From the NCBI GenBank assembly GCA_965216065.1, contig CBDCFB010000002.1, positions 960,756 through 1,024,755 on the forward strand: a DNA stretch of 64,000 nucleotides, read 5' to 3'. Positions 32,525-39,857 of the stretch are shown in pieces. Positions within the stretch are counted from its first letter, which is position 1. Each line of letters opens with the position of its first letter. A model generated the notes under the pieces. That model saw nothing but the letters and a program-made list of their open reading frames with translations. It was not told where the DNA came from and searched no databases. The stretch comes from Dehalococcoidia bacterium. GTDB lineage: Bacteria; Chloroflexota; Dehalococcoidia; Lucifugimonadales; UBA3495. The position numbers and the translations under genes are program-made.

Positions 32525-33421
32525 TTGGATGAGACGCAACTTGCAGTTGATGCGGCGCAGATTGCCCGTGCAATGGCTCCGGGCTTTTGGACTTCGTTGG
32601 GGGTGCGATTGAGGGCCGGGCAAGACCGAAAGAACTTGGAAGCCGACCATGCCTTCATCGAGGGGATGTTGGAGGCTGGTCGGAATAATTTTCGCTACCG
32701 GGGGTTAGCTAGTGAGTTCGAGTTGTTCGAGGAACTACAGGATGATGAGGTCAGACGGCTTTTTGAAAACACAGTAAATGCAATGTTAAAAGCGAATTCC
32801 ATCGTGGACTGGTCTAAGGTGGACGTAAACAAATTCAATCCCGAGTTCCGGCGCCGGTGGATGTTCGAGGCAAGCAATGTTTCCGATGAAACTTTGCAGG
32901 ACCTCTGGGCTCGGCTCCTAACCGGCGAATTGGAATCCCCGGGTAGTGTGTCGAACGACACCATGTCGATAGCGAGGGACTTAACCAAGGAACGTGCGGA
33001 GGAATTCCAAACACTTTGCTCGGCGGCGCTCTGTGACTTGGATGGGACACCGATGACAGTGGTGAGTTGTGGCAATCCGGGGGCCAATTCGTTGAGGCCC
33101 TATGGGTTGTCCTATGACGTCCTGATGCGGTTGGCTCACCATAGACTCATCGTCAATGACATGACGTCTCATACAACTCTCGCTGTAGATCAGGTAATGC
33201 CGATAATCGCAGTGAGACAGCGGGAAGTCAGCTGGGTGTTACGTTGGAACGCTGTCAGCAAGCCAGTCTCCGAGTCTTACCGAATTCGGAGGATTCTATT
33301 TACTCTCGCCGGTAAAGAGCTATTCTCGGTCGTAGAGAAAGTTCCCATGCCAGACTACACCGCTGCCATGTTGAAGACGCTGCAAAAAGATGGGTGGGCA
33401 GTTACACCTATCTACAAGTGA
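32525..33421 (+). CDS. Hypothetical protein, DUF2806-like
   Basis: 298 aa in a visibly lower-GC segment. The central block FEASNVSDETLQDLWARLLTGELESPGSVSNDTMSIARDLTKERAEEFQTL resembles the DUF2806 core as I recall it. Confidence 0.6.
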   Translation: MDETQLAVDAAQIARAMAPGFWTSLGVRLRAGQDRKNLEADHAFIEGMLEAGRNNFRYRGLASEFELFEELQDDEVRRLFENTVNAMLKANSIVDWSKVDVNKFNPEFRRRWMFEASNVSDETLQDLWARLLTGELESPGSVSNDTMSIARDLTKERAEEFQTLCSAALCDLDGTPMTVVSCGNPGANSLRPYGLSYDVLMRLAHHRLIVNDMTSHTTLAVDQVMPIIAVRQREVSWVLRWNAVSKPVSESYRIRRILFTLAGKELFSVVEKVPMPDYTAAMLKTLQKDGWAVTPIYK

Positions 33422-33470
33422 TCTTGAGCGCATACCGTGGACAAGTTTGTTAGCCAGTTGGAGGAAATAT

Positions 33471-33821
33471 TCAAAGCGCTAGGTTGACTATGTTGGCCAC
33501 CGCCGCGACCACGGAGACAAGTATGGTTGCGGCGGCAACTGATGCTGCGAACCAGTTGCGCCGGAACCAGTACCAGCGAGGGGCTGTCAGTTTCTCCCAG
33601 TATTCCCGTCCGTAGGCCGTTACACGGTAGTTGCCATGGCCTAGATTCTCAAATGCCCCTATGTCGTGTAGATAGTTGGTCGCCTCCCGTTCCAAGGATG
33701 GCGTTCCCAGGCTAATGAAGATCATTGTGCCAGGCTCACCATGCACCATCTTGCTCAGTTGAGAACGAATCTCTCTTTCGAGTTCCCCTGTAATTCCTCT
33801 CGACACTTCCACCCTCCGCAC
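33471..33821 (-). CDS. Hypothetical protein with C-terminal transmembrane anchor
   Basis: 116 aa, convergent with the DUF2806-like gene. C-terminal hydrophobic stretch FAASVAAATILVSVVAAVANIV preceded by WYWFRRNW. Confidence 0.5.
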   Translation of the reverse strand: MRRVEVSRGITGELEREIRSQLSKMVHGEPGTMIFISLGTPSLEREATNYLHDIGAFENLGHGNYRVTAYGREYWEKLTAPRWYWFRRNWFAASVAAATILVSVVAAVANIVNLAL

Positions 33822-34084
33822 ACGGCATATGCTCTACCCACAACTTATCGTGGATTCGCACTTGTCGTCTATTGGCAAGTGTCCATTGAGGGTGCACAGT
33901 GAATTGTGAAGGGTTGACTTACCGCTGAGGCCCTGTGCCTTGTCCGAAGACTGGGGGTTAGAGCTCCCGGATTCCCACTGTCGCGGAAATGACAGTTGGG
34001 GTTGGCGATAGAGCAAAAGCTCTACATTGGTGTCAGAGATGCGCTTGTGCGGTGAGATCCTTCGCTGCGCTCGGAATGACAACC

Positions 34085-34107
34085 GGGGCGGATTTTAAAC
34101 CCGCCCC
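34085..34107. repeat. REP family C palindrome GGGGCGG(A/G)TTT(T/C)AAACCCGCCCC
   Basis: Perfect hairpin. A second copy is at 49057-49085. Confidence 0.7.
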
Positions 34108-34189
34108 TACACGTTTGTTGGACACTGCGATTTCACCCTCACCCCTGCCCTCTCCCTCAACGAAGAGGGGGTTGGGGGGAGTGGCGGCC

Positions 34190-35374
34190 CTACAAACCCA
34201 AGGCGGCGGCGAGTTCGCGCTTGTGTTGCCTGGGGTCGCCTAGGAAGTGGTAGAGAGTGCGGGAGGCGGCGGTGTGGAGGGTGAGGCCGTATTCGGTCAT
34301 GCTGCCGACGCCGGCGTGGACCTCGTGGGCGTAGTTGCAGGCCTCGTAGTAGCCCTCGCTGGCGACGGCCTTGGCCAGGCTGATGCTGCTGGCGGCGTCG
34401 CGGCCCACGTCCAGCTTCCAGAGGGCCTCGTAGGTGGTCCAGCGGGCGGCGTCCAGGTGGTTGACCAAGGCAATGACCTGGTCCTGCACGCGCTGGAAGC
34501 GCCCGATGGGGGTGCCGAACTGGATGCGGGTGCGGCTGTAGTCGACGGAGACCTCGTAGACGGCCTGGCAGCCGCCGACCTGGTAGGCGCCGATGACGGG
34601 GATGGCCTTGGCGACGGCGCGCTGCCACGCGGGCCAGCCCCCCCTTGAATTCCCCCCCTGAGGGGGGGAGGTAAGTGGGGCGTTCCCGCTATCAGGGGTG
34701 GAAGTAATTGGGGCGCCGCCGAGGACGTTGGTGCTGTCGGCGGGGACGTTGTCGAAGCGGACCTCGGCCAGGTTCCAGGCGAACCCTGGGAGTCCACGGG
34801 CACGGATTCCGGCGGCGTCGGCGGGGACGACGACCAGGCCGACTTCCTCGGACTCCTCGGATCGGACTGCGACCAGGTAGTGGCTCGCGGTCTCGCCGTC
34901 GAGCACAAAGGCCTTGGAGCCGTTGAGGCGCAGGCCGTCGCCGTCGACCGCTGCGGCGAGGCGTACATCGCGCTCGTCCCAGCCGTAATCCCGCTCGGTG
35001 ACGGCCGGGACCAGGCGCATCTCGCCGCTGGCGATGCGGGGCAGCCAGTCGCGCTTCTGCTCCTCGGTGCCGCCTTCGAGGATAGCGAGGGCGGACAGGA
35101 CGGCGGAGCTCAGGTGCGGACCGGGGACGGGGCCGCGGCCCAGTTCCTCGAAGAGCACGCCGGCGTCAGTGAACGAGCCGCCCTCGCCTCCGTACTGCTC
35201 GGGGATGAGGATGCCCAGCCAGCCGGTGGAGGCCAGGTGGCCCCAGGGCTCCAGGGGCGTGGTCTCGTCGGGGGAGGCGATCTGGAGCAGCGTCTCCTTG
35301 GGGTATTCCTGGGACACGAAGCGGCTGGCGGCCGCTTTCAGCATTTCCTGCTCGGGAGTTAGGGACAGGTCCAT
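34190..35374 (-). CDS. Acyl-CoA dehydrogenase-family protein carrying an in-frame REP-derived insertion
   Basis: MDLSLTPEQEMLKAAASRFV start (ATG 35374), then GILIPEQYGGEGG. The insertion APITSTPDSGNAPLTSPPQGGNSRGG is encoded by the palindrome CCCCCCCTGAGGGGGGG at 34637-34680. Confidence 0.8.
   Translation of the reverse strand: MDLSLTPEQEMLKAAASRFVSQEYPKETLLQIASPDETTPLEPWGHLASTGWLGILIPEQYGGEGGSFTDAGVLFEELGRGPVPGPHLSSAVLSALAILEGGTEEQKRDWLPRIASGEMRLVPAVTERDYGWDERDVRLAAAVDGDGLRLNGSKAFVLDGETASHYLVAVRSEESEEVGLVVVPADAAGIRARGLPGFAWNLAEVRFDNVPADSTNVLGGAPITSTPDSGNAPLTSPPQGGNSRGGWPAWQRAVAKAIPVIGAYQVGGCQAVYEVSVDYSRTRIQFGTPIGRFQRVQDQVIALVNHLDAARWTTYEALWKLDVGRDAASSISLAKAVASEGYYEACNYAHEVHAGVGSMTEYGLTLHTAASRTLYHFLGDPRQHKRELAAALGL
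34637..34680. repeat. REP family A-like palindrome inside the ACAD coding sequence
   Basis: GCCCCCCCTTGAATTCCCCCCCTGAGGGGGGGAGGTAAGTGGGG. Same style as the intergenic CCCTCCCCCTCAGGGGGAGGG copies. Confidence 0.7.
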
Positions 35375-35632
35375 TTCAGTCCTCGTTGATTGTCGGAGAG
35401 TGGGTTCTGACCGCATCCGGCGGGACATCCTTGAAAGTCCCGTCGACATTCCCTATGACGGCCACGGAATTCCCGCTTTCGCGGGAATGACGGGTGGCCC
35501 GGGAATGACGGTTGAGGGCGGAAATCACTGGTGCTTCAGGGGTGAAGGTAAGGTCCATTTCAGTCCTCTGGGTTGTTCGGGGTTGGCAACTGGGGCGACC
35601 ACAAGGGTCGCCCCGACAGGTGTCGACGCGGT

Positions 35633-36865
35633 TTAGCCGAGGGCCCCGGCGCGCTCGCGGACCTCGCGGCCGATGCCGATTCGGCGGGCCATGATGACCT
35701 TCTGGATATCGGTGGTGCCGCCGGGGTGGATGGCGACGATTCCGGCGCGGCTGTGGGCCTCCATGTGGCCTTCGGCGGCGCCGAGCTCGGGATCGTAGGT
35801 GAGACCGGCGGGGCCGAGGATGTCCAGCATGGCCTGGGCCATGCGGAGGCCGGAGGTCTTGCGCACATAGGAGGCTTGCGGCCCTTCGTAGGTTATGTTG
35901 GCCCCGCTGTGGCGCATCCAGTAGTTCCGCAGGTTGAGCAGCCGGACGATCTCGGCCTCGATGTAGACGTCGATGAGCCGGTCGCGGACATCCGGGTCGC
36001 TGGTCATGGGCTCGCCGCGGCGCTCGGTGGTGCGGCAGTGATCAAACAGCCGATCGACCAGCCAGTTGCGGCCGATGCGGCCACCGGTCCCGTGCTCCAG
36101 CTCCAGGTGGGTCGTGGCGACCTTCCAGCCCTGGTTCTCGCCGCCGATGAGGTTGAAGGCGGGCACGCGCACATTGTCAAAGTAGACCGTCTGCTTGACG
36201 CCGGAGCCCGCGCCGGACTCGCCGCCGGAGATCAGCAGGTCCATCGGCTGGATGGTGATGCCGGGCAGGTGGGAGGGCAACATGAACCAGCCGAGGTTCT
36301 CGTGGCGCTTGGCCTCGGGGTCGGTGACCGTGATGGTCCACATGAAGTCGCAGCCGTGGTCGCTGCCGACGAATATCTTCTGTCCGTTGAGGACATACTC
36401 GTCGCCGTCGCGGATGGCCTGGGTCTTGACGTTGGCAAGGTCTGAGCCGGCCTCCGGTTCCGAGAGCAACTGCCAGGTCCGTACGCGCCCGGTGAAGATG
36501 GGCGGGAGGAAGGACTGCTTCTGCTCCTCGGATCCCCACACGAGGATGGAGTTGCCGCCGAGGCGACCGCCTGAGTCGTAGTAGGGCGGCAGGGTCAGCC
36601 CGAAGGAGTCGATCTCCTCCTCGATGACCACGGCGCTGTCGACGTCGAGGCCGCCGCCGCCGTACTCCTCCGGCGCGGTGGGCCAGAGCCAGCCCTTGTC
36701 GCCCAGCTTGCGCCCAAGCTCGCGACGGAGCTGGTACTGGTCCCAGGTCAGGTCGGCCGGGTCGGCTGGGTGCTCCATGCCACTGGGCACGTGCTCCTTC
36801 AGCCAGGCGTTGACCTCGCGGCGGAACTTTTCCTGTTCGGGTGTGTAGGTCGGTTCAAAGTCCAT
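35633..36865 (-). CDS. Acyl-CoA dehydrogenase
   Basis: MDFEPTYTPEQEKFRREVNAWL, WPTAPEEYGGGGLD, and the HLELEHG block resembling the IVD-type catalytic Glu loop. Confidence 0.85.
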   Translation of the reverse strand: MDFEPTYTPEQEKFRREVNAWLKEHVPSGMEHPADPADLTWDQYQLRRELGRKLGDKGWLWPTAPEEYGGGGLDVDSAVVIEEEIDSFGLTLPPYYDSGGRLGGNSILVWGSEEQKQSFLPPIFTGRVRTWQLLSEPEAGSDLANVKTQAIRDGDEYVLNGQKIFVGSDHGCDFMWTITVTDPEAKRHENLGWFMLPSHLPGITIQPMDLLISGGESGAGSGVKQTVYFDNVRVPAFNLIGGENQGWKVATTHLELEHGTGGRIGRNWLVDRLFDHCRTTERRGEPMTSDPDVRDRLIDVYIEAEIVRLLNLRNYWMRHSGANITYEGPQASYVRKTSGLRMAQAMLDILGPAGLTYDPELGAAEGHMEAHSRAGIVAIHPGGTTDIQKVIMARRIGIGREVRERAGALG

Positions 36866-36877
36866 GGGTCCTCCGGG

Positions 36878-37123
36878 TTAGTCGGTGTAGAAATGGGGAG
36901 TCAATTCTTCTTCCGGAACGAACTGGCAAGCCCTGCGATAGACGCTGTGAAGTGTGCCAATCGGGATCTGCCTGTTGCGCGGCACAATCACAGGCTGGTC
37001 ACTGCCATCCGAGGCTGTTCTTACCATTTTGATATGGCTGCCGCGTTGTGAGTAAACCTCAAATCCAAATCGCCTTAGAATGGAAATTACCTGGTCGCTA
37101 GATAGCCTCCTAAGTCGCGGCAA
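36878..37123 (-). CDS. hicA: HicA-family mRNA interferase toxin
   Basis: 81 aa. SSDQVISILRRFGFEVYSQRGSHIKM is the HicA/YcfA core (G-S-H). Confidence 0.8.
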   Translation of the reverse strand: MPRLRRLSSDQVISILRRFGFEVYSQRGSHIKMVRTASDGSDQPVIVPRNRQIPIGTLHSVYRRACQFVPEEELTPHFYTD

Positions 37124-37373
37124 CTTCTGCCAGTTCCATCTGGTATATGAGGGTTATTCCGGGATTGGGTACCAAGCCTAATTCAGCCGGATCCTCGCCG
37201 TCCAGAAGCAGGCAGATGGCCTCCTGCAGGTTGAACACCGTTTCATCAAGAGTCCTGCCATCTGTAACTGCAGAAACCTCTAAACAAGTGGCCACGTAAT
37301 ACCCTTCGTATTTTCTGACCACAGCATGAATGTTTTTCTGCAAAGGCAATTCCGGGTCGTAAGGCATATCCAC
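37110..37373 (-). CDS. hicB: HicB-family antitoxin (UPF0150-type, no obvious DNA-binding tail)
   Basis: 87 aa. YEGYYVATCLEVSAVTDGRTLDETVFNLQEAICLLL is the HicB N-domain pattern. Overlaps hicA by 14 nt. Confidence 0.75.
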   Translation of the reverse strand: MDMPYDPELPLQKNIHAVVRKYEGYYVATCLEVSAVTDGRTLDETVFNLQEAICLLLDGEDPAELGLVPNPGITLIYQMELAEVAAT

Positions 37374-37535
37374 CTCCGGTGGTAAGCCGCAATAGGGGTC
37401 AAAAGAAAGCTGTTTTGCGTGGGCAGGACTTCCGGTGCGGTCGGCAAGCCGCCCAGAAGGGAACCAGCATAGGAGCTATTATCTAACACCGGCAGGCCCT
37501 TGACTACCAGCGGGCACTGCGGTCGGGGGGGACGG

Positions 37536-39299
37536 CTACGGGTTGGTGGGGGTGATGCGGACGGTGATGACCTCGGTTTCCTGGTACTGACGGTGGCTGA
37601 CCGATGAGGCATAGTGGTGCAGCAGCCGCAGCGACACATCTCGCTCGATGGCGGAGAGGTCCTCTGTCCCTGGGTCGGAGTTCCGGATGAGGGCTATCCG
37701 GTCTTCCAGGTTGCCCGAGCCGGTGGGAGAGCTGATGAATTCCAGTTCCGCTTCGTGGCGGTAGCCTCCAGCGAGGATCGTCAGCCGTCGCTTTCTGCCG
37801 CCAGTCTTTTGCTGGCGCTCCTCGTCTCGCTCGGACAGGACCACGACGGTCTCTTCGGCTACGGCGGTCATCCGGTCCTGGATTTCTCCGTCCCAGCCTT
37901 GGCGCCTGCAGAAGTCACCAAGGAAATCGTTTATCGCCGGCAATGATTCTGCGTTCAGTTCAGTCCGCAACCGGCGGCGGGTCTGGCCGAATAGCCCCAT
38001 GTAAAGGGAAAGGACGATCACGGTAATGCCGCCCGCAGTGAGTCCCTTCTGCAGCAGGGGGCCCCACAGTGCCTCTATGTTGAGATGCAGAACTTCGAAT
38101 TCGAAGCCCAGGCCGATGGCGATGGCAATCCCCACTATGAGGCTCCTGCGGTAGTCCGGTTCGTCCTGGGCCACGGTCCTCAGGCCCTCCACGAAGAGGG
38201 GTGCCGTCAGGATTGCCAGATACATGCCGGCCACGGGGCCGGGGACCGCGGCCAGGAGACTCCAGGCCTTGGGGAAGAATGCCAGCGCCACGATCACGCC
38301 GCCCGTCATCACGCCAACGACCCGGGAGGCGCAGCTTGTCTGCAGCACCACCGAGGTGCTTGAAGTCCCTATGTATAGCGGCAGTCCGCCCACGATACCC
38401 GAGACCAGGCTGCCAACCCCGCCGCTCAGGACTCCCCCCTGCACGCTCCTGAAGTCCATGGCCCTCTTGTCCCGCCACGAGACCCGTTGCGCCGTCAGAG
38501 CTAGGGTGTTGCCCTTGGCCACCGAGATGATCGCGAGGAACACGAATACCGGAAGCAGCGTCCAGAAGGTATTTCCGAACCGTGGCATGAGCCCCGGCCA
38601 GCCATCGACGGGGAAGCCTACCCAGGCGGCGTCCTTCACTAGATCGAAGTCGTAGAGGCCGTAGGCAACGGCAGCAGCAGAGCCCAGACCGATAGCAACG
38701 ACAGGCGACCACAGCCGGAGTTTCCCCGTGCTGCGCAGCAGGATGGCAATCATCGGGACGAAAGTCGCCGCGGCGCACACCAGAATCGCCTGCGACGAAG
38801 TCCCCTCAGGGACATTGTTCACCTGTCCCAGCATGATGGGTAGCAGGGTGATCACCGTCAGCATCATTATGGTTCCGTCGACGGTGGGAGTTACCATTCT
38901 ACGAAGCAGCGACAGCCGGGCGGTGAGTGCAATCTGAAACACGGCCGAAACGATTACGAGGGAGGCGAGGGTGCCCGGTCCGCCATTCACCAGCGCGAGA
39001 ATGCAGAACGGGATGGAAATCGTAGAAGGAATGGAGATGAGTATGCAGCCGGATCCGAAGTAGCCGAGGCGTACCGTCTGAAAGATGGTGGTGAGGCCGT
39101 TGATTGCCAGGGATGCAAAAAGGACCCAGGCAGAGTGAGCTAGATCCAGCCCCGCGGCCTGGGTGACTACCAGCGGGTAGAGCACGATGTGGCCGAGGGC
39201 GATGACCGCCGACTGCAGGCTGAGGCCAATCCCAACCGGCCACGGCGGCCTCTCGTGGGGTTCGTAGCGAGGGCTTGCAGAAGGATTCCCCTGAGCCAT
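37536..39299 (-). CDS. NCS2/xanthine-uracil permease-family transporter with ~140-aa cytoplasmic C-terminal extension
   Basis: Multi-TM N-terminal ~440 aa (GLSLQSAVIALGHIVLYPLVV...) followed by a soluble charged C-terminal domain of unknown family. Confidence 0.65.
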   Translation of the reverse strand: MAQGNPSASPRYEPHERPPWPVGIGLSLQSAVIALGHIVLYPLVVTQAAGLDLAHSAWVLFASLAINGLTTIFQTVRLGYFGSGCILISIPSTISIPFCILALVNGGPGTLASLVIVSAVFQIALTARLSLLRRMVTPTVDGTIMMLTVITLLPIMLGQVNNVPEGTSSQAILVCAAATFVPMIAILLRSTGKLRLWSPVVAIGLGSAAAVAYGLYDFDLVKDAAWVGFPVDGWPGLMPRFGNTFWTLLPVFVFLAIISVAKGNTLALTAQRVSWRDKRAMDFRSVQGGVLSGGVGSLVSGIVGGLPLYIGTSSTSVVLQTSCASRVVGVMTGGVIVALAFFPKAWSLLAAVPGPVAGMYLAILTAPLFVEGLRTVAQDEPDYRRSLIVGIAIAIGLGFEFEVLHLNIEALWGPLLQKGLTAGGITVIVLSLYMGLFGQTRRRLRTELNAESLPAINDFLGDFCRRQGWDGEIQDRMTAVAEETVVVLSERDEERQQKTGGRKRRLTILAGGYRHEAELEFISSPTGSGNLEDRIALIRNSDPGTEDLSAIERDVSLRLLHHYASSVSHRQYQETEVITVRITPTNP

Positions 39300-39553
39300 C
39301 TACACCACCACACACATCCTGGAATTGACCCGGCATCTGCAACCGGGGTTTCACTGGTGTTTCACAAAAATGCAAAACGCATTCTATTGGCCCGAACTCG
39401 GATTCACAAGGAATGCACCCTTTTCTTTCGGGCCATCGCATTTGGCTGGCAGAGCGCCGTCATTCCCGCGGAAGCGGGAATCCAGGGCTTCCGTCCTTCC
39501 GACCGCCAGGGCGGATTGTGCCTCATCCGGCAACAGTCAGGCTCGATCTTTGG

Positions 39554-39847
39554 CCACTGGATTCCCGCTTTCGCGGGAATGACGGGTAGGGGGGAATGAC
39601 GGTGTGGGGCGGGAATGACGGGTGGATTTCGTTATGTCACTGGCCTTGCGGTCCAAATGCGATAGCTCTGCCCTGTACTTACAAACCAACTCAAAACGAT
39701 TTTGTTCTGATGGCATTGAGCAATAACCGGCAGCACCACTGGATTCCCGCTTTCGCGAGAATGACGGTGTGGGGCGGGAATGACGGGTGGATTTCGTTAC
39801 GTCACTGGCCTTGCGGTCCAAATGCGATAGCCCTGCCCTGTACTTAG
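39554..39847. repeat. Two direct copies of a ~115-135-bp composite repeat that begins with the REP-B hairpin
   Basis: CACTGGATTCCCGCTTTCGCG(G/A)GAATGACGG...TGTGGGGCGGGAATGACGGGTGGATTTCGTTA(T/C)GTCACTGGCCTTGCGGTCCAAATGCGATAGC(T/C)CTGCCCTGTACTTA at 39554-39691 and 39736-39847. Confidence 0.85.
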
Positions 39848-39857
39848 CTATGGGAAC

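Noticed and set aside
35376-35558. 60-aa ORF starting MDLTFTPEAP.
   Set aside because: Only the first ~9 codons mimic the ACAD N-terminus, through duplication. The rest is REP-B encoded (HSRESGNS). It is treated as a duplication scar, not a gene.
39300-39460. Possible purine riboswitch upstream of the NCS2 permease.
   Set aside because: The reverse-complement leader lacks the conserved purine-riboswitch junction and loop sequences. Nothing is recognisable.
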